A stretch of 64,000 nucleotides of DNA from Bacillota bacterium (lineage in GTDB: Bacteria > Bacillota > Ch66 > Ch109), in the NCBI GenBank assembly GCA_050952625.1, contig JBMNLH010000001.1, positions 1,600,001 to 1,664,000 on the forward strand, read 5' to 3'. Positions within the stretch are counted from its first letter, which is position 1, and each line of letters begins with the position of its first letter. Under the pieces are notes generated by a model, which saw only the letters and a program-made list of their open reading frames with translations, made no database searches and had not been told where the DNA came from. Made by a program: the position numbers and the translations under genes. Below are positions 54,355-63,456 of this stretch, one piece after another.

Positions 54355-55220
54355 GTAACATGGGAATTAAAATCCAAAATGTCACCAAAAGCTTTGGTGC
54401 TACCCGCGCGCTTAACGGCGTCAGCCTCAATATTGCCGAGGGACAAATATATGGACTATTGGGAAATAACGGTGCGGGCAAAACAACACTTCTGAACATT
54501 ATCGCAAATCGCTTGTACACTGATAGTGGCGAGGTGTTGATCGACGACGAACCAATTTCAGACAACGACCGCGCGCTGGGCAAGGTGTTTTCGATCGGTG
54601 AACAAAACCTTTACCCCGATGAGATGCGAGTCCACAGGGCTTTGGCCGTAACAAAGCTGTTCTACCCGGGCTTTGATCTTCAATATGCAAACGAGCTAGC
54701 GCGACAATTCGGGCTGGACACCAAAAAAAAGATCACCGCATTGTCTACCGGTTACGCCTCAATCTTCCGGTTTGTCCTCGCTCTTTCGGTGAACACACCA
54801 TATCTGCTGCTAGACGAGCCAATGCTGGGACTTGACGCAATGCATCGCGACATGTTTTGCAAGCTTCTGATTAAGAAATACAGCGAAAACCCCTGCACCA
54901 TTGTGATCTCAACTCACCTGATCCAAGAGGTGGCAAATCTCATTGAGCATACGATCATCATTAAAAATGGACATATCCTCAAGGATATGCCACGTGAGGA
55001 ACTGCTTGACAGCGGCTATACCGTCTCCGGTCCGGCGGAACTGGTGACCATCTATATTAGCGGGCGCGAGGTATTGTCGGTCAATAGTCTTGGCAGACTG
55101 AAAACAGCCTGTGTTCAAGGTAAAGCCGAACCAGCCGACCTGCCTGCTGGACTGGAGCTTGGCAGGCTGAGCTTGCAGGACTATTTTATCAGTCTGATGA
55201 ACGAGGAGGATTACAAATGA
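54351..55220 (+). CDS. ABC transporter ATP-binding protein
   Basis: GNNGAGKT, LSTGY, LLDEP, STH. Confidence 0.92.
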   Translation: MSNMGIKIQNVTKSFGATRALNGVSLNIAEGQIYGLLGNNGAGKTTLLNIIANRLYTDSGEVLIDDEPISDNDRALGKVFSIGEQNLYPDEMRVHRALAVTKLFYPGFDLQYANELARQFGLDTKKKITALSTGYASIFRFVLALSVNTPYLLLDEPMLGLDAMHRDMFCKLLIKKYSENPCTIVISTHLIQEVANLIEHTIIIKNGHILKDMPREELLDSGYTVSGPAELVTIYISGREVLSVNSLGRLKTACVQGKAEPADLPAGLELGRLSLQDYFISLMNEEDYK

Positions 55221-55966
55221 ACACGATGAATATAAGACCGGCTTTCCAATACAGATTCCTTGATACGTTAAAGGGTGTAGGAATCTTCTATGCCATCATG
55301 GCTGTACTCATGGCAGGTATCAGCTGCCTTGTTTTTTATGCGGTAAGTAAGGGCGGTAAAGTGTCGGTTAGCTTTTTCGCCTTTGAATTCGCCGCAGCCA
55401 TCACGCTGTTTGTTATGGGTATCACAACGATACGGGAGGATATGCGGCTCATGCTGCAAAACGGTATCGGGCGACGCACCATCTTTGTGACAGAGCTTCT
55501 TGTGGCACTATCTGTCTCTTTGCTCCTCGCTATTGCCGGCGAGCTGCTAATTGCCGTCGGGCAGGTTGTTATAACGAGCCGGTCGGAGTTCTTTATCACC
55601 GACCTCTTTCAGATAATCTACGCCAATGGGATCAACTACAACCTGACTTTGGGTGCCCGTTTTGAAAGCATTGTCCTTGCGTTCGGTTTATATACGTTCG
55701 TATATCTCGCTGGGATGTTCATCTCTCTGCTCTTCTACCGATTGAACAAAATCTGGACCCTGATCGTCGCTATCGGGGCACCGCTGCTCCTAATCATGGG
55801 ACTGCGGATAGCACTAACACCCGGAAGTTTTCTTGCATTAGCACTTGGTACGATGCTCGAATTCGCTCTAAGCAGTCCGTGGGCACTGTTTCTTTGCTTC
55901 CTACTGGCTGCTGTGCTCATAAGTTTCCTTAACTTGATCGCGATAAGACGCGCGCCGATAAAATAG
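55217..55966 (+). CDS. ABC transporter permease
   Basis: About 6 TM helices, QNGIGRRT motif; ATGA overlap with the ATPase. Confidence 0.8.
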   Translation: MNTMNIRPAFQYRFLDTLKGVGIFYAIMAVLMAGISCLVFYAVSKGGKVSVSFFAFEFAAAITLFVMGITTIREDMRLMLQNGIGRRTIFVTELLVALSVSLLLAIAGELLIAVGQVVITSRSEFFITDLFQIIYANGINYNLTLGARFESIVLAFGLYTFVYLAGMFISLLFYRLNKIWTLIVAIGAPLLLIMGLRIALTPGSFLALALGTMLEFALSSPWALFLCFLLAAVLISFLNLIAIRRAPIK

Positions 55967-55978
55967 ATAGGGGTATCA

Positions 55979-56058
55979 GGAGTTACCTTGTTCAAACTTC
56001 AGGTAGAGCAGAGTCTCCACCTGAATTTCCATTTTTCAGCGAAGCTGGACAAGTTCAC
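55979..56058 (+). mobile_element. Family A element, right portion
   Basis: GGAGTTACCTTGTTCAAACTTCAGGTAGAGCAGAGTCTCCACCTGAA...TTCAGCGAAGCTGGACAAGTTCAC. Confidence 0.7.
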
Positions 56059-56444
56059 TGTATCTTTACTCTAAATATGCTGCCTTCCCGGTGATATCCT
56101 TTTTTTATATAAAACCCGTCTGAATTCGACATTACAATGATAGTTTGCCCAGGATAGTCCAGGCAGACTTGCTCAATAAGTTTTTGCCCAATTTTTTGCC
56201 CCCGAAATCTTACGTCAACAAGCAAATCACAAATGTAGATATAAAAACCACCATCATTAATAGAGCGTGAATACCCACATAAGGTTTCTTCCTCATAGGC
56301 TACATAGGTTATTGAGTTGACTAAGGCAGATTTATATTTTTCCGAAACTTCAGTAGTTAAATAGTACTCCCATCCTTGGCCCTCTGCTTCGATTAATTTC
56401 ATTATAGCAGCCTCATCTTCTTTGGTATACTTTCGTATTTCCAT
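56055..56444 (-). CDS. GNAT family N-acetyltransferase
   Basis: DLLVDVRFRGQKIG (motif A), FYIKKGY; probable start MEIRKY at 56444 after GGAG. Confidence 0.85.
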   Translation of the reverse strand: MEIRKYTKEDEAAIMKLIEAEGQGWEYYLTTEVSEKYKSALVNSITYVAYEEETLCGYSRSINDGGFYIYICDLLVDVRFRGQKIGQKLIEQVCLDYPGQTIIVMSNSDGFYIKKGYHREGSIFRVKIQ

Positions 56445-56670
56445 TTTCACCGCTCCTACGAAATATAATCTTCCTAAAGGCTTATAGCCTAATTTTAGCA
56501 TAATTGGGCTGAGAATAGCATTTGAGTCATGTCTTTTTGATAAAAAGACGGTCTTAGTCATAGCTAAATAAAACCTTATTGCGTTAAACTTTTTAGGCAT
56601 ATTTAGGTTAGGTTGAATGAAAAGAATCTTTTAAGCACTAAGAGCAGTATTCGAATTACGTAATGAGAGG

Positions 56671-57780
56671 TTGATGAAAATGAAAAAATCGCTAATTGTT
56701 TTGCTAGTCTTAGTTTCAGCACTATTAATAGCCAGTACGTCGATCTTTGCCTCCCAACCGTTGACGATTAATCTAAACGGGACCGTGGTATCTGCTCCTT
56801 CAGACACCAGGATAGTGGAAGGCCAAGTGATGGTTCCCCTGCGCTGGGCCGCTGAACAGCTGGGGGCCAGTTCGATTGAATGGGAGCCGGAGAAACGTAA
56901 TGTAACGATTAAAACAAACCAAGATGCCGGTACTTATCAAAATGTACTGGTCGCTTTACCCGACGTTCAGCTTTTCCTTCCCCTACCCAATAACTGGACA
57001 ATAGAAAGGACTAAGCATGGTTTTGACTTGAAAGACGCTCAGGGCAATACCCTTGGCAGCATTGACCAACAAGATGGGTATTATCTCCCCAACCACAGCG
57101 AGACTCTGAGTGACCAAAAGATTACGGTCAGCCAAGGGGAAAGCCACCTGCTGGTGCTGTCACGTTCGTACCCGGCGGCTTCGGGGGTAGCTGCAAACTG
57201 GCAGGAAGTTCACGCACTGCTGCCGTTTAAGGAGCAGATCTGGATTGACCTCTGCGTTAGAGTTAGTCCCGAACATGATGTTGAGCATCTAAAAACGATA
57301 TTGGAAAAGGCAATAACCGGAGTCGTTTATTATCAACCGGAAAGGCCACTGCCCCCAACGGAAACTGGTCGAAGTCAGCCGGCAGAGATAACAGAGTGGG
57401 AACCAACAATATATACAACTGTTAACAACCTTGACGGCGTCTCAATGAAGGTTAAGGAAGGAACCGCTTCTTCTACCAGTTTGACAGTAGGGTTTGAGAA
57501 TAACTCCAGCAGTCAGTGTATCTACGGCGAGCACTATTGGCTGGAGAAGAAAATCAACGGAAGCTGGTATCAGGTTCCGGTCGTTATCGATGGCAACTAC
57601 GGGTTTAACGATATTGGCTATAATTTAGCCGCTGGAGCCAAAGGCGAATGGGCAGTTGATTGGAACTGGCTCTATGGCAGCCTGGATACCGGTGAATACC
57701 GCCTTGTCAAAGATATCCTTAATTTTAGAGGTCCCGGGGAATATGATACTTACTATTTAACTGGGGAGTTTACAATTTAA
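56671..57780 (+). CDS. Secreted protein: copper-amine-oxidase-N stalk domain plus C-terminal Ig-like domain
   Basis: Signal peptide; VMVPLRWAAEQLGA..EW (stalk); YGEHYWLEKK..GSW, W.WLYGSL..GEYRLVK (Ig-like). Confidence 0.75.
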   Translation: MMKMKKSLIVLLVLVSALLIASTSIFASQPLTINLNGTVVSAPSDTRIVEGQVMVPLRWAAEQLGASSIEWEPEKRNVTIKTNQDAGTYQNVLVALPDVQLFLPLPNNWTIERTKHGFDLKDAQGNTLGSIDQQDGYYLPNHSETLSDQKITVSQGESHLLVLSRSYPAASGVAANWQEVHALLPFKEQIWIDLCVRVSPEHDVEHLKTILEKAITGVVYYQPERPLPPTETGRSQPAEITEWEPTIYTTVNNLDGVSMKVKEGTASSTSLTVGFENNSSSQCIYGEHYWLEKKINGSWYQVPVVIDGNYGFNDIGYNLAAGAKGEWAVDWNWLYGSLDTGEYRLVKDILNFRGPGEYDTYYLTGEFTI

Positions 57781-57826
57781 TAACAGTATATATAACCAAT
57801 TACGCAGATTACGCAAAAAGGAAAGG

Positions 57827-57871
57827 ACGCCTCATTAACGTGCTACTGTAGAATAAGAGCACCAGAGGCGT
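57827..57871. repeat. Two-tier hairpin, copy 1 (copy 2 at 59542-59589)
   Basis: ACGCCTC..GTGCT..AGCACCAGAGGCGT arms conserved in both copies. Confidence 0.6.
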
Positions 57872-57922
57872 CCCCAATTATTAATGAGCTCATCTCAACT
57901 AGTCTGAAGCAAGGGTCTTTTA

Positions 57923-58441
57923 TCAGCGAATAGCGGTACAAGCGGGAATGTGGGTCCTAAGGCCCGCATCTTTCTTTTTTAGCGGTTTAAAAACGGATAT
58001 AACGATCATGGTTAGCATGATTAGAATCTGTAATGAGATAAATAAAAGAACCTGTCTGCCATCAGAAAATCCCCCTTGGAAGCCGAAGGCATTCACCTTG
58101 TCAATTACTGAAAAAATCTGACCAATAGTTCCTAAACCAATACATGGGATAAGCGAAAACGTAAAAATCCATTTAAGCATTACCCATCTGTGTTTAATAA
58201 ACCCCCAATTTGTCATTAACCCATAAATTAAACCCTGAAGCAGCGTAAATATAGCTATCGGTAAGATGATTTTTTTATACAGCTCGGGAATTAAAGAGAC
58301 GGTTATTAAAAAGTTAGTTTCACTTAGATTAAAAAAACAGATAACCGCTAGAGCACCTATGCAAACTGTTCCCCCGAACCAGATGCTTGCCGATATAATA
58401 TGTAAAATGCGCAGCCATTTCATGCCTTTAGCTTTCATAAA
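57923..58441 (-). CDS. Four-TM membrane protein (DUF2269-like)
   Basis: LHIISASIWFGG, T.WGF.KHRWVMLK, ISVFKP; start approximate. Confidence 0.7.
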   Translation of the reverse strand, partial: FMKAKGMKWLRILHIISASIWFGGTVCIGALAVICFFNLSETNFLITVSLIPELYKKIILPIAIFTLLQGLIYGLMTNWGFIKHRWVMLKWIFTFSLIPCIGLGTIGQIFSVIDKVNAFGFQGGFSDGRQVLLFISLQILIMLTMIVISVFKPLKKKDAGLRTHIPACTAIR

Positions 58442-58647
58442 ACCCCTTCCTTTCTCAATAGACAAACTTTTTACCCGTTTATCCCCCGGTTATATGGTAT
58501 CCCCACAAATATAAAAATAAGAATATAGGCTATGGGTTATGGGCTTTGCTTATCCTTGTCGAAAGGATCGTTCATCTATTAAGGTTGACGCAGCCAATCC
58601 GTCAACTTATCGTCTGCTGATACTGACTGCAGCCACCCTCACGTGAC

Positions 58648-58935
58648 TTAATCAACCTCACGCAGCAGCTTTTCCATAGCCTTTATTCGTTCTTTCATCT
58701 CGGATAGATCATTAACTATTATCTGTTGATCTTCGGCTATTTTTTGCTGTACAGTAATAGCCTCCTCCGCCAGCTTGCGGTATCTCTCATCTCTGGCAAG
58801 TTCAGCTTTAGTCGCAGTTTTGATTTGCCAACTCTTGAACCCTTGCCATATCACCGAGACAAACATGATGGTGAATAAAGTTAAAACAACCAGGACAAAA
58901 CCCTTTTCTATAAACTCTAATTGGAGATAATTCAT
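58648..58935 (-). CDS. Small membrane-anchored coiled-coil protein (ArsR-associated)
   Basis: TM helix, then YRKLAEEA...MEKLLREVD; abuts the ArsR gene. Confidence 0.75.
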   Translation of the reverse strand: MNYLQLEFIEKGFVLVVLTLFTIMFVSVIWQGFKSWQIKTATKAELARDERYRKLAEEAITVQQKIAEDQQIIVNDLSEMKERIKAMEKLLREVD

Positions 58936-59268
58936 TCAATTCCCTCCCTTTTCATTACTAGCATCCGCCGCGGTATCGCCGGGTTTAGTAACAGTCAGTG
59001 TTTTTACCGCTTCGGTAATACTTTCCGGGTTTAAGTAAAGGGCAAACGGTTTTGCTTCGTAATAGTTCATGGCTTTGCCGTCTTCAGACAACTCCAGTTT
59101 GCTCGTTACCAATCCGGCCTTCTCTAAGCGTTTCAAGTGCATATAGAGCAACGGTCTGCTGATCATAACCTCACGAGCGAGTTGACTCACATGGATCCGC
59201 CGGCCAGTCAGCAAAGCAATAATTTTTAATCGAAGGGGATTGGCCAATGCTTCCAGTATTTTGAGCAA
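58936..59268 (-). CDS. ArsR/SmtB family regulator
   Basis: ALANPLRLKII, SQLAREVMISRPLLYMHLKRLEKAGLV. Confidence 0.9.
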   Translation of the reverse strand: MLKILEALANPLRLKIIALLTGRRIHVSQLAREVMISRPLLYMHLKRLEKAGLVTSKLELSEDGKAMNYYEAKPFALYLNPESITEAVKTLTVTKPGDTAADASNEKGGN

Positions 59269-59351
59269 TTCATCTCCGGTAGGTGACCTTGGTTCTAAAT
59301 TGTGGTTATCATTTATTTCTCATTCCCCCTTTTCAAGAACGTTTAAATAGG

Positions 59352-59391
59352 ATCCTAACACCTGTAATAATTATATTACAGGTGTTAGGAT
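59352..59391. promoter_or_regulatory. Perfect 18 bp inverted repeat, probable ArsR operator
   Basis: ATCCTAACACCTGTAATA-ATTA-TATTACAGGTGTTAGGAT upstream of arsR. Confidence 0.7.
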
Positions 59392-59606
59392 GTTTCAAGT
59401 GAGTATAGTGTTGGCTTTCAATGTTTTGGGTTAGATATAACGTGCCTATGTATATTGCTAAAACTGTAAATGCTTCTATATGAGGAGCGTTTCATTTTTA
59501 TTGAAGATATAGACTGTTTCATCACAGCCGCAAATAAAAAAACGCCTCCATTTAGTGTGCTGATGTACCAACAGAAGCACCAGAGGCGTTTCTCGCTTCT
59601 CATATA

Positions 59607-59711
59607 AACCACCCATGTCCCAAGATCACAACCACCGATGAAAATCGCAAACATATGTCATTCTGAGCGTTAGCGATGGATCTTACTTCTCAGCGTGGAA
59701 AGGATTCTTCG
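59607..59711 (+). repeat. Family B composite repeat, left two-thirds
   Basis: AACCACCCATGTCCC..CACAACCACCGATGAAAATCGCAAACATATGTCATTCTGAGCG..GGATCTTACT.CTCAGCGTGGAAAGGATTCTTCG. Confidence 0.7.
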
Positions 59712-59730
59712 ATGCAGCAAAATATACCGG

Positions 59731-60024
59731 TTATAATAAAAACTCAAACTGCCTTTTACCATATAGTATCCGCCTTATCTCAACCTTCTTTTCCTTAACG
59801 ATATAAAACACCAGGTATCTATGCACCACCATAACACGATAACCTTTTGCACGAAGCAATGGGTCCTTTATCAGCGGATAGCGCAGCGGCATATGCTCAA
59901 GAGATCCGATGCTTTCTATAATGTCATCATAGAGTTTTAGTGCCGCCTGCTGCGATAACTCGCCGACAATTTCCTGTAAATCTTGCTTGGCCAAAGGGAA
60001 AATCAGCAGCTTATATTTTTCCAC
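59731..60024 (-). CDS. RelE/ParE family toxin
   Basis: AKQDLQEI, SLEHMPLRYP, GYRVMVVHRYLVFY, RILYGKR. Confidence 0.88.
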   Translation of the reverse strand: MEKYKLLIFPLAKQDLQEIVGELSQQAALKLYDDIIESIGSLEHMPLRYPLIKDPLLRAKGYRVMVVHRYLVFYIVKEKKVEIRRILYGKRQFEFLL

Positions 60025-60292
60025 GGACGTTTTTCCTCAGTTCTTTCGCCACATCGAAAAATTCCTCACCGACAGCCCCGTTTGCAATTTCCGCCTCCGA
60101 CTCAAATAACTTACGGTATAGTTCGATGAGGGCTTGCTGCCGTTCGTAGGTTTCAATACTCATGACCACCATGTCGCCAGTGCCATTTTTCGTGATGAAC
60201 ACCGGTTCACGTTCCCTTCGGCAGAACTCGGATATTTCGTTAGCGTTATTGCGCAAGTCTGAAATAGGGCGGATGCTAGGCATAGTTTTCAC
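60011..60292 (-). CDS. Phd/YefM family antitoxin
   Basis: IRPISDLRNNANEIS..EPVFITKNGTGDMVVMS. Confidence 0.9.
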   Translation of the reverse strand: MKTMPSIRPISDLRNNANEISEFCRREREPVFITKNGTGDMVVMSIETYERQQALIELYRKLFESEAEIANGAVGEEFFDVAKELRKNVRGKI

Positions 60293-60389
60293 TCCCCATC
60301 TGCAATATTTATGATTTAATTATAGCATGATTTGGGGACATATATAAGCGTAATTCCGCCCCATAATAGACAAACAATTACTAAGTAGA

Positions 60390-60553
60390 TTATGCGTTAG
60401 TCAATCTCTTGGTTATGGGCTTATTCAATCTTTCTAACCATTCCATCACATCAGCTCCTTTCAAAGTTTAGTATTGAATAAAAGAATAAACCTCTCATTA
60501 GCTGCCCAAAGTTGAGAGGTTTTGCAGGTTATGCGTTAGTCGATTTCTTGGTT
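60390..60553. repeat. 25 bp direct repeat pair (60390-60414, 60529-60553) enclosing an AraC-like gene start
   Basis: TTATGCGTTAGTC(A/G)AT(C/T)TCTTGGTT, 23/25 identical; enclosed AAAGGAG plus MEWLERLNK on the minus strand. Confidence 0.75.
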
Positions 60554-60586
60554 GCGCCCCTTTATTTTACTTTTCTGTCCTTATCC

Positions 60587-61611
60587 CTATTTAGCCAGCT
60601 TTTCTTGAAGCATGGTATTAACCACCCCGGGATTAGCCTGCCCCTTAGTGGTTTTCATTAAGTCCGGCAGGCCATGCTCCTCAACTAAGCGTTTCCTACG
60701 GGCGTCAGGTAATTCCGGGATGGAGGCTCGGACCTCTTCAATCCACTCTTCGGTTAGCTCGATCGGGGTTAACTCAGGCTCAATAAAACACCGATAATCC
60801 GGGTTTTCCTTATTACGCATGGACACGGTTATCCCCTTGTTTTCATCCCAGCCGCGGGTTTCCGGATAACCCTTCCCCCGTCCTCCAAAACATCTATCTG
60901 TCTTTCCACTTCATACTCAATTGCTCTTTGCACCGCCCGGAAGGAGTTCATATTCTTGATTTCTGTTTTTGTGCCCAAGGTAGTAGTTCCAACCGGACGA
61001 ACCGAGACGTTGGCATCACAGCGTAACGAACCTTGTTCCATCTTTACATCAGAAACACCGGCGTATTCTAAGTTAGCCTTTAGCTTTTCCAGGTAAGCTT
61101 TAGCTTCCTCGCCGGAGCTTATTTCCGGTTCGGAGACGATTTCAATGAGGGGCATCCCGGACCGGTTGTAGTCCACAAAAGAATAGTGGGAAGTAGTAAT
61201 CGAGCCGCCTGAATGGACTAGTTTGCCGGGATCCTCTTCCATATGAGCCCGGGTGATATTAATTCGTTTGCTCTGGCCATTTACCTCTATATCAAGATAT
61301 CCCTGATAAGCGATAGGCCGAAAGACTTGGGAGATCTGATAGCCCTTAGGTAAGTCAGGATAATAATAGTTCTTTCGATCAAACCAGGTATAAGTACCTA
61401 TTGCACAGTTTAAGACTAAACCGGCTTTAGTAGCTAACTCGACTGCTTTTTTATTTAAGATACCGGTACTACCAGGCAGCCCCAGGCAGACTGGACACAC
61501 CTGGGTATTTGGCTCCTTTCCGAATTCCGTAGAACAACCGCAAAATAATTTCGTATCCGTCTTTAACTCCACGTGAACCTCTAAGCCGATAACGGCTTCG
61601 TATTTACTCAT
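60587..61611 (-). pseudogene. gatB: Asp-tRNA(Asn)/Glu-tRNA(Gln) amidotransferase subunit B, frameshifted and internally deleted
   Basis: [47 protein letters not shown]; about 341 aa with GLP joined directly to LMKTTKGQANP; no gatA/gatC. Confidence 0.8.
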
Positions 61612-61985
61612 CTTGCTCCCCCTATAAAAATGTTTAACACATCTTCAGTTCCTACCCTTAAATCCGTTAAACTTAATTATATTCAATATTATATATTGTG
61701 GCAAATAACTCCACTAGCCTTTTAACGCTGATCACGATGCGGTTGTCTTTAATTTATATCACGTACCCAGTATAGGACTCACTAAGGGGTGAGAGATTTG
61801 GCGCAAAATGTTTATTAAAAACTAATTCATGAAATTCTCAAGCCAGAATTATTTTGCGGCATTGTGAAATCAATACAATTCCGGTAAGATACCTGTATTC
61901 CCAACATCCCATCCCGGTCGCCTTAACCCTGATGCAATTTTAATGTCTTGTCTTGACTGGTGAAGAAGAGAGGCAGCAAAAAAAT

Positions 61986-62116
61986 AAGATTCTTCACTTC
62001 GTTCAAAAATCACGCACAGCCCGCACCATAGTAAACGAATAGAGATAATTTTCATAGCAATAACAAAAAGGCGTGGTTTTCTAGCTTGGTTGTGTCTGGC
62101 GGGCATAGATGGTTAC
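61986..62116. repeat. Degenerate family B pieces (REP half, right end, inverted left end)
   Basis: AAGATTCTTCACTTCGTTCAAAAATCAC; ATTTTCATAGC; GGTTGTGTCTGGCGGGCATAGATGGTTA (reverse complement of the left end). Confidence 0.55.
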
Positions 62117-62223
62117 CACGGATAGATGAACTTCTTCGTGTTGAAAAAAAGATTTTTGAGCAAACTGATAGCAACATATAATAGTAACCTAATTAAATAA
62201 ACATGAGGGATATAATGGGAAAT

Positions 62224-63451
62224 ATGAAACGTATAATAGTGGTTAGGCGGAGGAGCAGCTGGAATGATCGCGGCTATTTCTGCAAGAAGATTGGGGGCGG
62301 ACGTCACCATACTGGAGAAAAATCCGCGGGTAGGTAAGAAAATACTGGCTACCGGAAATGGCCGGTGTAACTTTACTAATATCAATACGGATATTACATA
62401 TTACCATGGCAGTAACCCTAAATTTGCTTACACAGCATTATCTAATTTTACAACAGAGGATACGATTCGGTTTTTTGAAAAATTAGGGATTGCCCATAAA
62501 GTAGAGGATTTGGGGAAGGTCTTCCCGATGTCGGATCAGGCTTCGAGTATTCTCGATGTCCTTTTATATGAATTGAATGACATAGGAATCAATATCGTTT
62601 GTGATGCTTATGTAAAAAATATTACACCTAAAGGTGATCGGTTTAGAATAGAGTTGGCAGATGGGAAAGTATATCATGGGGATAGAGTCATTATTGCTAC
62701 AGGCGGCAAAGCTATGCCTTCCAGCGGTTCTGATGGCAACGGCTATGATTTAGCGGTCAAGCTTGGCCATAATATCATCAATGTTTTTCCGGCTCTAGTT
62801 CAATTAATGTTAGAAGGATCTTTCTTTAAACGGATTGACGGGGTTAAATTCGTGGGGACTGCTGAAATTATCCACAACAATAAGTCCGTTGTTAAAGACC
62901 GAGGAGATATCCTCTTTACAAATTATGGCGTATCCGGGCCGCCAATTTTACAGATAAGCAGAAAAGCAGGAGAACTATTAAATGCAGGAAAAGATGCCTA
63001 TTTAAAACTAACGATTATGGATATGATGAACAAGGAAGATTTAAGAAGATTTCTGAATAAACGTTTCCAAATAGGTTCAAAAAAGCCTATCGAGTTTAGC
63101 CTGGTCGGCCTGATAAATAAAAGATTGATCCCGGTAGTGCTAATAGAAGCGGGTATCAATGATATAAAGCGTCCTGTTGCCAATTTATCGGTGAAAGAGC
63201 AGGAGCGAATTGTAGATATTTTGACTGATTGGAGATTTAAGGTCAGGGGAACCAAGGGTTGGACTAGTGCGCAAGTAACCGCCGGCGGTGTGGATACAAA
63301 GGAAATAAATCAAAATACTATGGAATCTAAATTAGTCAAAGGTTTATTTTTCGCTGGTGAAATACTAGATATAGATGGCCAGTGTGGTGGTTTTAATCTT
63401 CAGTGGGCGTGGTCCTCTGGGTTTATTGCCGGGCAGCATGCAGCTCTATAG
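62224..63451 (+). CDS. NAD(P)/FAD-dependent oxidoreductase, HI0933/BaiN family (frameshift near 62243)
   Basis: Restored start MKRIIVVGGGAAGM; GKKILATGNGRCNFTN, ATGG, VTAGGV, GGFNLQWAWSSG. Confidence 0.9.
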
Positions 63452-63456
63452 TCCAC

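Noticed and set aside
60390-60553. Integron attC site
   Set aside because: GTTAGTC does not fit GTTRRRY, there is no inverted core pair, and no integron integrase is in the window.
61870-61975. Possible ncRNA between gatB and the flavoprotein gene
   Set aside because: GC-richer patch, but no recognisable 6S, SRP, tmRNA or riboswitch consensus.
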